A stretch of DNA of 64,000 bases from Leucoraja erinacea (Eukaryota): assembly GCF_028641065.1 (NCBI RefSeq), contig NC_073390.1, positions 52,824,001 through 52,888,000 on the forward strand. Direction: 5' to 3'. Shown in pieces: positions 39,210 through 50,591 of the stretch (within the stretch, counting starts at the first letter, position 1; the number at the start of each line of letters is the position of its first letter). The position numbers and the translations under genes are program-made. A model generated the notes under the pieces. It saw only the letters and a list, made by a program, of their open reading frames with translations. It was not told where the DNA came from and made no database searches.

Positions 39210-39670
39210 GCTAGGCTGTTGCCAGAACTCGTGGGTCCGGGCTGTAGGGAGAGGTTGAGTAGACTGGGACTCTATTCCCTGGAGTGCAGGGGGATGAGGG
39301 GTGAATTCATAGAGGTATACAAAATCATGAGAGGAATAGATCAGGTAGATAGATGCACAGTCTCTTGCCCAGAGTAGGCGAATTGAGGACCAGAGGACAT
39401 AGATTTAAGGTGAAGGGGATAAGATTTAACAGGAATCTGAGGGGTAACTTCTTCACACAAAGGGCGGTGGATGTGTGGAAAAAGTTGCCAAAGGAGGTAG
39501 TTGCAACTGGGACTGTTTAAGAAACAGTTAGACAGGTACATGGATAGGACAGGTTTAGAGGGATATTGACCAAACACAGGCAGGTGGGACTAGTGTAGCT
39601 GGGACATGTTGGCCAGTGTGGGCAAGTTGGGCCGAAGGGCCTGTTTCCACACTGTATCACTCCATGGCTC
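39210..39670 (+). mobile_element. CR1 3' fragment
   Basis: ggactctattccctggagtgcagg..tail gggccgaagggcctgtttcc. Confidence 0.85.
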
Positions 39671-40757
39671 CACTACATCATAATGGCTGAAGGAGATTTA
39701 TGCAATGGATTCTTTTTTTGGTGACGTGCGGATGCTGTTATTTACAAAAATCAGTGTTTAGCTGATTCTACACTTGTTTCAGTATTTCACAGATGGGGAA
39801 ATTGTTCTCAGCACTTTGCCAAATTGCTTTTTATTTGATCCTAATTTATATATCCTATTGACTTTGGACTTGCAATAGGTCCATCTGACCTTTCTTTATA
39901 CAGAGTTTAGAACTTTACAGAGTTTAAAAATCACACAGTCCTAACATAGACACAGAGGTGCAGCATTAAAATGGGATATTGGGAAATATGTAAGACTAAA
40001 TGTGAGATAAATGGCATAGTTATTTATTTCAGAGGGAGAAAGATAAGTGACATATTAAGAGAGAAATAAGATCTTTGAAGTAAACAATACAGAATTGTGA
40101 ACACTTTTTAAACCAAGAGGGAGACATATATCCATCTCCAAGACCAACATCAAAGCTATTCCATATTTTGGGATCAAATTCTATCTTGTCAAGAAGGCAC
40201 ATATTGTTGAGGCACTCACCTTTTGACCAGCACCATCTAAACACTCAAGCACGTTACTTTAAAAACTTTACACCAAGGGCATTTATATCTTGAGAGAAAC
40301 AGCGCACGGGATTTTAAATATGTTGCTTTTGTTTGGGTACATACAAGTATTGCACATTTCCTTAATATTTAGATTATACTGTAGGAGCACATGTGTCCTC
40401 AACTTCACATTGTACATTTTTAAAGAGGTGGTGAAGAGAGTGAATCAGAGACATATACAAACATACATATACATATACATATATATATATATATAGGGAA
40501 GAACTGTAGATGCTGGTTTAAATCGAAGGTAGCAGGGGAGAGGGATTGATAAATTGGGAGTATAAAGGTAGAGTTAAAGGGGAAGTGAGTACAGGAAAAG
40601 TTACAAAAGATTCCCGAATTAATGGGAAGGAAAGTTTGAGAAGGGATAAGAAGAGATAAGAGAGTAAGGTCAGGGCCAATGGTGACCGGTATGAGAGGGG
40701 AGGTGAATGCCAAAGTTAAAGTTATGTATATGAATGAGCGAAGTATAAGAAATAAGG

Positions 40758-41260
40758 TAGAAACATAGAAACATAGAAATTCGGTGCAGGAGTAGGCCAT
40801 TCGGCCCTTCGAGCCTGCACCGCCATTCAATATGATCATGGCTGATCATCCAACTCAGTATCCCGTACCTGCCTTCTCTCCATACCCTCTGATCCGCTTA
40901 GCCACAAGGGCCACATCTAACTCCCTCTTAAATGTAGCCAATGAACTGGCCTCGACTACCCTCTGTGGCAGAGAGTTCCAGAGATTCACCACTCTCTGTG
41001 TGAAAAAAGTTCTTCTCATCTCGGTTTTAAAGGATTTCCCCCTTATCCTTAAGCTGTGACCCCTTGTCCTGGACTTCCCCAACATTGGGAGCAATCTTCC
41101 TGCATCTAGCCTGTCCAATCCGTTAAGAATTTTGTAAGTTTCTATAAGATCCCCTCTCAATCTCCTAAATTCTAGAGAGTATAAACCAAGTCTATCCAGT
41201 CTTTCTTCATAAGACAGTCCTGACATCCCAGGAATCAGTCTGGTGAACCTTCTCTGCACT
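40758..41260 (-). mobile_element. Young CR1 3' end nested in the CR1 endonuclease domain
   Basis: ORF 40855..41259(-); nearly identical to 34563-35065; aggt repeated at both junctions. Confidence 0.92.
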
Positions 41261-42160
41261 AGGTGGATGAGCTTGAGGCACAGTTAGAAATTTGATGTTG
41301 TGGGAGTTCCAGAGACATGGCTGCAAGAAGACCAGGGCTGGGAACTGAATATTCAGGGGTATACCACCTATCGAAAAGACGGACAGGTGGGCAGAGGGGG
41401 TGGGGTAGCCCTGTTGGTAAGGAATGAAATTCAGTCCCTTGCGGGGGGTGACAGAGAACCAGGTGATGTAGTCAGTATGGATAGAACTGAGCAATTACAA
41501 GGATAAAAAGACCCTAATGGGAGTTATCTATGACCCTCCAAACAGTAGCCTGGATATAAGGAGCAAGTTGAATCAGGAGTTAAAATTGGCATGTAGCAAA
41601 GGCAATGGTACGGTGGTACCAGAGCCTACCAGGGAGAAGGCAATTCTGGATTTAGTCTTGTGTAATGAACAGGACTTGATAAAGGAACTCAAGGTAAAGG
41701 AGCCATAAGGAGGTAGTGACCATAATATGATGTTTTAATCTGCAATTTGAGAGGGAGAAGGGAAAATCGGAAGTGTCAGTATTACAGTTGGGCAAAGGGG
41801 ACTATGGAGGCATGAGGGAGGAGCTGGCCAAAGTTCACTGGAAAGATACCCTAGCAGGGATGACAGTGGAACAACAATGGCAGGTATTTCTGGGAATAAT
41901 ACAGAAGGTGCAGGATCAGTTCATTCCAAAGAGGAAGAAAGATTCTAAGGGGAGTAAGAGGCGACCGTGGTTGACAAGGGAAGTCAAAGACAGTATAAAA
42001 ATAAAAGAGAAATATAACATAGCAAAGATGAGCAGGAAGCCAGAGGATTGGGAAACTTTTAAAGAGCGATAGAAAATAACTAGAAAGGCAATACGGGGAG
42101 AAAAGATGAGGTACGAAGGTAAGCTAGCCAAGAATATAATGGAGGATAATAAAAGCTTCT

Positions 42161-42391
42161 GTTTAAGAAGGAACTGCAGATGCTGGAAAATCGAAGGTAG
42201 ACAGAAATGCTGGAGAAACTCAGTGGGATAGGCAGCATCTATGGAGCAAAGGAAATAGGCGCTGTTTTGGGTGGAGACCCTTCTTCAGACCCTTTTTCTT
42301 CTGAAGAAGGGTCCCAACCCGAAACATCACCTATTTCCTTCGCTCCATAGATGCTGCCTATCCCGCTGAGTTTCTCCAGCATTTTTGTCTA
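42161..42391. mobile_element. PLE-derived palindrome with hammerhead core
   Basis: ctgaagaagggtcccaacccgaaacatc at 42301; inverted arms. Confidence 0.8.
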
Positions 42392-42762
42392 GAAACATAG
42401 AAACATAGAAATTAGGTGCAGGGGTAGGCCATTCGGCCCTTCGAGCCTGCACCGCCATTTAATATGATCATGGCTGATCATCCAACTCAGTGTCCTGTAC
42501 CTGCCTTCTCTCCATACCCTCTGATCCCTTAGCCACAAGGGCCACATCTAACTCCCTCTTAAATATAGCCAATGAACTGGCCTCAACTACCCTCTGTGGC
42601 AGAGAGTTCCAGAGATTCACCACTCTCTGTGTGAAAAAAGTTCTTCTCATCTCGGTTTTAAAGGATTTCCCCCTTATCCTTAAGCTGTGACCCCTTGTCC
42701 TGGACTTCCCCAACATCGGGAACAATCTTCCTGCATCTAGCCTGTCCAACCCCTTAAGAAAT
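42390..42762 (-). mobile_element. Young CR1 3' end
   Basis: ORF 42468..42749(-); reverse (ctatgttt)n tail. Confidence 0.9.
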
Positions 42763-43399
42763 TTACGTTCGTAAAAGCTTCTATAGGTATTTAGTAAAAG
42801 CTTCTATAGGTATGAGAAGATTAAACAATTAGAAGACAAATAGAAGACAGGCAGACACAGGTGAATTTATTATAGGGAACAAGGAAATGGCAGACAAGTT
42901 GAACAGGTACTTTGGATCTGTCTTCACAAACGATCTCCCAGATGTACTAGAGGCCAGAGGACCTAGGGTGACGGAGGAAGGAAATTCACATTAGGCAAGA
43001 AATTGTATTGGCTAGACTGATGGGACTGAAGGCTGATAAATCCCAGGGCTTGATGGCCTACATCCCAGGGTACTTAACGAGGTGGGACTGAAGGCTGATA
43101 AATCCCAGGGCTCGATGGCCTACATCCCAGGGTCATTTGCGGCACATTTGGATAGCAGTAACTGGATAGATCCAAGTCAGCATGGATTTACAAAGGGTAA
43201 ATCATGCTTGACTAATTTTCGGGAATTTTTTGAGGATGTAACTGGGAAAATGGACAAGGGGGAGCCAGTGGATGTAGTGTACCTGGACTTTCAGAAAGCC
43301 TTTGATAAGGTCCCACATAGAGCACATGGTATTGGGGGTAGGGTCCTGACATGGATAGAAAATTGGTTGGCAGACAGAAAACAAAGAGTAGGGATTAAT

Positions 43400-43504
43400 C
43401 CAGTGGGCGGCGCGACTCGCGTCGCAGCAGCCTCTGCAGTCCGTCTGTCTTTTTGTTATTTTTTGTCCCGTTTTAATGTAGTTTTTATTTTTTTTTTTTT
43501 GATG

Positions 43505-43543
<39 letters not shown>

Positions 43544-44277
43544 TGTGGGGGGGGGGGGGGGGGGAAACTTTAAAAAATTTTCCCCTGCACGGAGAACCCA
43601 ACCTTTCCCTGTCGGGTCTCCGTTGTCGTTGGGGCTGCACCGTGGAGCGGCCTCCAGCAGGAACAACCTGGGGCTCCAGTCACGGAGCTGCGGACCTACT
43701 CACCATCACGGAGCTGGCCGAGTCCGGAGCGGGAGGAGCGGTGGTGGCGCGCTGCTGCGACCCGACCCCCGGAGATTCGGAAGCTTACCGCAGGTCTGGT
43801 GGACAGTGACACCGGGAGCCCGCGGGTCCCTGCTGGGAGACCGCTTTTCGGGGCTTCCGCAACGGCGACTTCTCCCGCCCGAGTAGCGGGGTCGAGGATG
43901 ACCTGGAGCGGGGCCTTACATCATCGCCCGGCGTGGCTTCAACGGCTGCGGGACTTTGCCAGCGCCCGCCCGGGGCTCCAACAACAAGACCCGGAGCGCG
44001 GCCTTGCATCACCCGGCGCGGCGTTAATGGCCGCGGGACAATTGTTATCGTCCGCCGGGGGCTCTGACTTTGACTCTGACATCGGGAGGAGAGGGAAGTG
44101 CAGGGGAGAGATAAGTTTTTTTGCCTTCCATCACAATGAGGAGGAGATGCGCTGTGATGGATGTCTGTGTAAATTGTGTTGTGTCTTGGGACTTTTTTTT
44201 CTTGTATGTATGACTGCAGAAACAACATTTCACTTGAGCCTCTATGAGGTTCAAGTGACAAATAAATTGTATTGTAT
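43400..44277 (+). mobile_element. CpG-rich non-autonomous retroposon with a Rex1-type 3' end
   Basis: Splits CR1 at gggattaat|gggtcc with TSD ttaat at 43395-43399 and 44278-44282; ends hairpin + gacaaataaa + (ttgta)n. Confidence 0.7.
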
Positions 44278-45324
44278 TTAATGGGTCCTTTTCATAATGG
44301 AAGGCAGTGTCTAGTGGAGTACCGCAAAGCTCAGTGCTGGGACCGCAGTTATTTACAGTATACATGAATTATGTAGATGAAGGGATTAAAAGTAACATTA
44401 GCAAATTTGCAGATAACACAAAGTTGGGTGGCAGTGTGAACTGTGAGGAGGATGCTATCAGGATACAGGGTGACTTGGACAGGTTGGGTGAGTGGGCAGA
44501 TGCAGTTTAGTGAGGATAAATGTGGGGTTATCCACTTTGGTGGCAAAAACAGGGTGGCAGATTATTATCTGAATGGTTTCAAGTTAGGAAAAGGGAAAGT
44601 ACAACGAGATCTGGGTGTCCTTGTACATCAGTCACTGAAAGTAAGCATGCAGGTAAAGGAGGAAGTAAGCTAAAGGCATGTTGGCCTTCATAACAAGAGG
44701 AGTTGAGTATAGGAGCAAATAGGTCCTTCTGCAGTTGTACAGGTCCCTGATGAGACCACACCTGGAGTATTGTGTGCAGTTTTGTTCTCCCAATTTGGGG
44801 AATGACATTCTTGCTATTGTGGGAGTGCAGCGTAGGTTCACGAGGTTGATCCCCAGGATGGCGGGACTGTCATATGTTGAAAGAATGGGTCGACTGGGCA
44901 CGTACACACTGGAATTTAGAAGGATGAGAGGGAATCTTATTGAAACAAATAAGATTATTAAGGGATTGGACACGCTAGAGGCAGGAAATGTTCCCAATGT
45001 TGGGGGTGTCCAGAACCTGGGGCCACAGTTTAAGAATAAGGGGTAGGCCATTTAGAACAGAGATGAGGAAAAACTTTTTCACACAGAGACTTGTGAATGT
45101 GGAATTCTCTGCCTCAGAAGGCAGTGGAGGCCAATTCTCTGGATGCTTTGAAGAGCGAGTTAGATAGAGCTCTTAAAGATAACGGTCAAGGGATATGGGG
45201 AGAAGGCAGGAACGGGGTATTAATCGTGGATGATCAGCCATGGTCACAGTGAATGGCGGTGCTGGCTCGAAGTACCGAATGGCCTCCTCCTACACCTATT
45301 GTCTATTGTCTATGGTCTATTGTC

Positions 45325-45680
45325 TAGACACAAAATGCTGGTGTAACTTAGCGGGACGGCAGCATTTCTGGAGGCAAGGAATGGGTGATATTTTGGGTCG
45401 AGGCCCTTCTTCAGACTGATGTCAGTGGAGTGGGCAGTTCAGAGATAAAATGTAGCCGGAGACTGTAAGACTGGTAAGCGAACTGGGAAGGGGGAGGGGA
45501 TACGAAGGGAACTGCAGATGCTGGTTTAAACCAAAGATAGACACAAAATGCTGGAATACCTCAGTGGGACAGGCAGCATCTCATCTCAAACTGCAGAAAG
45601 TTCTTGACCCAAAACGTCACCCATTCCTTCTCTCCAGAGATGCTGCCTGTCCCGCTGAGTTACATCAGCAATTTGTGTCA
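45325..45680. mobile_element. Cluster of PLE-derived segments
   Basis: gacacaaaatgctgg..gggtcgaggcccttcttcagac, followed by further arms. Confidence 0.7.
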
Positions 45681-45682
45681 AG

Positions 45683-45685
<3 letters not shown>

Positions 45686-45729
<44 letters not shown>
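45686..45729. repeat. (TA)n microsatellite
   Basis: Read directly. Confidence 0.95.
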
Positions 45730-45732
<3 letters not shown>

Positions 45733-45840
45733 GGGGAGAAGGCGGGATACTGATTGTGGATGCTCAGGCATGATCACAGTGAATGGCTCGAAGGGCTGAA
45801 TGGCCTACTCCTGCACCTAATACATATATTTATAATTCAT

Positions 45841-46029
45841 AGGTACACAAAAAAGCTGGAGAAACTCAGCGGGTGCAGCAGCATCTATGGAGCGAAGGAA
45901 ATAGGCAACGTTTCGGGCCGAAACGTTGCCTATTTCCTTCGCTCCATAGATGCTGCTGCACCCGCTGAGTTTCTCCAGCTTTTTTGCATACCTTCGATTC
46001 TCCAGCATCTGCAGTTCCTTCTTAAACAC
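45841..46029. mobile_element. Near-perfect PLE-derived hairpin, 14-bp TSD
   Basis: Arms centred on aacgtttcgg-g-ccgaaacgtt; TSD tatttataattcat at 45827-45840 and 46030-46043. Confidence 0.85.
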
Positions 46030-46870
46030 TATTTATAATTCATCCTTGATTCTGCTTATATTTATTTGTTTGATGGAGGTACCTGAGATGATCTTGGGTA
46101 TTGAACACAATTACAGATTCAGAAACAGTATTTTGTGTACATTTTTGGGACTTTTGTTAAATGCAAAATTTTGCTTTGGATTTTGCTATCTCCACAAATT
46201 CTTATATAATCACAATCTTTATGATATCAGTTGATTACATATTTCAGCAGAAGAGCCGGTATCATTTCCTATTAAAACATAGATTGCCTACTTTAACCTG
46301 TCCTTGAAATACGATCACTCCTTCATTAGTGAGATCGTGCATTTCAGTTTTTAACTCCAATTACTGTCCAAGACACAATCAGGAGACTGGCCATTTTCAC
46401 AAAAAAAGTTAAAATGACTTCACATTTTATATACACCCTTGACATTTTTTCATTACCAATACTTAGTAAATGCAATAAAGTGTTGTATTTTCTAAAAACG
46501 AATCACACTGCATCATTTAATTAGTGTGTACAATTCAATGGAACCACTGAAAGGATTTTCATATTAATTGCACTTCGTGAAATCAACGTGTTAAAGGGAT
46601 TGACATTTCTATCATTGTATTATCCTAGCATTTTTTTTACATAGGTGGTTTAATTTTTTTGTCAGCACATTAGGAATAATTTAAGTTCAATCCCTGTCGG
46701 CAGGATGGGTGTAGGAGAGCAATTAAAACTGAAAAGCTCCGTTTTTGCTCCATTTTCACCTATCTATATTTTTAATGCTTGTTTTGGAACTGGGCCTCTC
46801 ATTAATAAATGTAAATTGGGGTTGTATCAAATACCTGAATCTTAGATGCAACTTTACAGTCCGGTGAGAT

Positions 46871-47500
46871 ATGTTCCTCGGGGTACACATCTCGGAGGAT
46901 CTGTCCTGGTCCCTCAACACCTCCACGCTGATCAAAAAGGCGCAGCAGCGCCTTTACTTCCTGAGGAGGCTCAAGAAAGCCCACCTGTCCCCCCGGATCC
47001 TGACCAACTTTTACCGCTGTACCATCGAAAGCATCCTGACCACCTGCTTCACGGTATGGTACAGCAGTTGCACCGTAGCGGACAGGAAGGCACTACAACG
47101 GGTGGTGAAAACCGCTCAGCACATCATCGGTGCCCCGCTCCCTGCCATGGATGCCCTCCACCGAAAACGGTGTCTGAGACAGGCCGGGAAGATCATTAAA
47201 GACCCATCACACCCCAACCATGGACTGTTTGCCCTCCTCCCATCAGGGAGGCGGTACAGGAGCCTCAGGTCACGTACTAGTAGGATGAGGAACAGCTTCT
47301 ACAACAACACTATCACATTGCTGAACTCGGAGTCCCGCCGATAGATTTCTCCAGTCTCTCCGTCCACATTGTTTGCTTATTCTGTATTTTTTATTTCTAT
47401 ATTGCACTGTTACTACAGACTGACGCTAAACTGCATTTCGTTGTACCCATACTTGTATCTGTGCAATGACAATAAAGTTGAATTGAATTGAATTGAATTG
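46871..47500 (+). mobile_element. Rex1/Babar LINE 3' end
   Basis: ORF 46871..47344 [49 protein letters not shown]; tail aataaa(gttgaa/ttgaa)n. Confidence 0.92.
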
Positions 47501-47568
47501 ATAGAGAGACTGAACGAGTGATGGGGAATGGATTGAAGACAATCCCTTCAGCTGCTAATTCCCAGAAC

Positions 47569-47898
47569 GGTGGCATAGTGAGTGATGCAGCAGTAGATTT
47601 GTTGCCTTACACTGTGCCAGAGACTGGGTTCGATCCTGCCTATGGGTGCTGTCTGCATGGAGTTTGTACGTTCTCCCTGTGACGGCGTGGGTTTTCTCCG
47701 GGTGCACTGGTTTCCTTCCCCATCCCAAAGGCATTCCGGGTTTGTAGGTTAATTGGCCTCTGAAATTTCCCCTAATATGTGTGGAGTGGTTGAGAAAGTG
47801 GGATAACATAGACCTCGTACAAACAGCTGATTGGTGGTCACCGAGAATTTGGTGGGTGGAAGGGCATTTTTGTAATGCTACATCTCTACACTAAACCA
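47569..47898 (+). mobile_element. HE1-like V-SINE
   Basis: gggttcgatcc B box; ggagtttgtacgttctccctgtg core. Confidence 0.85.
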
Positions 47899-48289
47899 AG
47901 TCACATTCCAGCTTGATCAAGTGTCACCAATTGAATGGTGGATTTGTCTGCTTTAGACGTACTGGATATTCACAGCTCTGCAAGTGTATATGTTGCACAA
48001 ATCAAGAGAAATGTGCTGGAATTAAGCTTAACATTTATAGCAATTCCAGTCTATAATGCAATTGGGCGAGAAATGGCTGGAATGGCCCATCTGGTGGCAA
48101 GTGACGTGAACTGCATTTTTAGCTCACCCTTCAGATCGTTTTGCATTTGTGTCACCTCTTGTTTGAAATGCAAATTGATAATGGCGCATTGCGGCTTTAG
48201 AAGTTCCATCTATGGCTTTGCAAGCTCTGGATTTGACTGCCCTACTGCACTGTAGGTCTGCCACATTCATCCTGTTCTCCATAAAGTTG

Positions 48290-48950
48290 AAGCCATCCAG
48301 AACTCTGCTGCCCATGCTCCAAGCTCCATCAAATTCTATTCATCCATCACCCAGAATCTCTCTCTTGCTGACTCCAGGTCAACTAATGTATTGATTATTA
48401 TGTGGTCTTGCCACTTCCTATTTTGCTTCAGCTATTTAATCTACCGTGTATCCTCTGGTTCTGACCTCTTGCTCATCCCTGACATCAACTGTTCTACAAT
48501 TGGTTGCATCACCTCGAGTTGTCAATGGTCCAAGCTCTGGAATTCCTACCACCCCCCCCCCCCCCCCCCCCCCTCTCCCACTGCCTCCCTTCCAAAAATA
48601 CCCCAATACCTATCTATTGTTTAGGAAAGAACTGCAAATGCTGGAAAAATCGAAGGTAGACAAAAATGCTGGAGAAACTCAGCGGGTGAGGCAGCATCTA
48701 TGGAGAGAAGGAATAGGCGACGTTTCGGGTCGAGACACTTCTTCACACATCAGTCTGATGTATGAAGAAGAATCTGATGTCTGAAGGAGGGTCGGGACCC
48801 GAAACGTTGCTTATTTCCTTCCCTTCATAGCTGCTGCTGCACCCGCTGAGTTTCACCTGCATTTTTGTCTACAATAACTATCTGTCTTCCTTTCTTCCTT
48901 TTGGGGCAACTTAAACAAATATATAATCCCTGACCAAGCTTTTAGACAAT
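48290..48950 (+). mobile_element. Old L2-like LINE 3' remnant containing a PLE palindrome (about 48618-48871)
   Basis: catccagaactctgctgccc..aagctctggaattcc..tgaccaagcttttag; PLE flanked by caatacctatct (48604-48615) and caataactatct (48872-48883). Confidence 0.6.
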
Positions 48951-49059
48951 GAACTCCTGCTCTAATATCTTCTCAATGACATGTTGACATTACTTTTTAT
49001 TCCAGAGCATTTGTGTGAAGAACATTGAGATGGTTTGCTATGATCTTGATTTGAAGAGA

Positions 49060-50430
49060 TAATAAGATTAATGAGAGAATGGCAATGTTATATAAGTGGA
49101 TTTCCAACAAATATTTCATAAAGTGCCTCATAATCAGCTTGCCAGTGAAAATGAAGCCTTTGCATTAAAATGGACAATTTGGGGAAACGGATAAAAGCAT
49201 GGGCCAGTTAAAGTGAATGGTGGTGGTTCCTTGAAAATGGCGAAGAGTTACAATGGTATCTCGCAGGGATCGGTTCTCAGACACTATCAGGATAGTAACC
49301 ACCCATAAATTCAGTTAATGGGGTAACACGTTACATTTCGTTCAAATCACCCTGTGCAAAATTTGGAGGTGAAAGATGCCCAAGGCATTGTGAGCTGTTG
49401 AACAGGCTTTGTATGTACAAAGGTCTCCACCGAGTACAGAGCACAAAACAAGCCATGTAACCTGTCCCCTTGGGAGTGGGGTGATTGTGTGGATGACATG
49501 TGTGGAATTGGGTGAGTTTCAGAGATTCTTGGACCATTGACCAAGATGGTTTAGAACCTGGTTGGGTGGCTTCATGGAGAAGGTGGTCATTAATCACTAT
49601 AGGTGCCCCAACAGCCCGAGAAAGCATTTTCAAATGCATGAGAGCCTGGGCATCATAGAGACAGTGTAGTAAAGCAAAGAATTCTTGTTGAAAGTCTTAG
49701 ACAACACATGTTAGACAATAGCTGGAGTGTGTCCAATTCAGCACTTGCCCTTGGTCAGGATGCGAAGGGCTTCGAGAGACTGTCCTGAAGAATTGCTTCT
49801 TTTAGTCTAGAAATAAGGGACATCGGGTACCTGAAGACCCTTGATGCTGATGACGTAATTGGAGACGCAGTGGTTATTCTCCTGAGATCAGATGTTTGAG
49901 AGAGAAATTGAGGGGAGGGGTTATATGTGGTGGAAATAAACATGACGTTTTTCCAATGGCAGAAGAATAAACCCAATGACACATATTTAAGGTGACTGAA
50001 AGAAGAACCAGAGAAGAAATGGGAAAATTGTAGCAAGCATTTCTGATCTGGAATGCATTACCTAAAACAGTTGAGGAAGCATATCCAATCGCAGCTATTT
50101 AAAAAAAGATGGGTGTATACTTGAAAAAATTGCAAGGCTATTAGGAGAGAGGGAGAAATGTCAAACAGTAGAGGGCACAGGGTTAAGTTGAGAGGGGAAG
50201 TTTAAAGGGGATTGACGAGGCTAGTTTTTCTTTACACAGATAGTGAGAGGTGCCTGGAACGCACTGCTGGGGGAAGTGGTAGAAGCAGATATGAGAGTAA
50301 TGTTTAAGAGGCATTTAGACAGTCACATGAACAGGCAACAAAATTAGGATACAGACCAGGTGCAGGCGGATGGAATTAGTTTAGTTCAGCATTATAGTCG
50401 GCTGAAGGGCCTGTCCTTGCACCATTACTG
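49060..50430 (+). mobile_element. Degraded CR1 fragments
   Basis: gatttccaacaaatatttcataaagtgcctcat (DFQxxFxKVPH-like), GISQGSVL-like segment, later 3' pieces. Confidence 0.6.
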
Positions 50431-50591
50431 TACTGAGGTGGGAAATGCGGCCAACCGGACTTATCTTACAAAGATGGGCTTTGTGAGCTCGATGGCCTCT
50501 TTCTGTGTTACAGAAGTTCAACAATTCCCTAATTAAAGACACTGTGTGAGGTTTGTTGTATAGTTGAGTTTAGTTAAATTGTCATGTTGTC

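Larger units (their letters stand above)
40530..45325 (+). mobile_element. Long CR1 ORF2 pseudo-element (APE endonuclease to 3' tail) with deletions and nested insertions
   Basis: KVMYMNERSIRNKV at 40699-40758 resumes as VDELEAQL..ETWLQ..GGGVAL at 41262; ILDLVL; SQHGFTKGKSCLTN..YLDFQKAFDKVPH; SGVPQSSVLGP..KFADNT; (ctattgt)n tail. Confidence 0.9.

Noticed and set aside
40220-40288. Minus-strand exon candidate (ttctctcaag..aaag|gtgagt)
   Set aside because: Stops in all three frames; no support as a coding exon
43509-44281. GC-rich ORFs of 100-160 aa
   Set aside because: Open on both strands because of GC content; no recognisable domain
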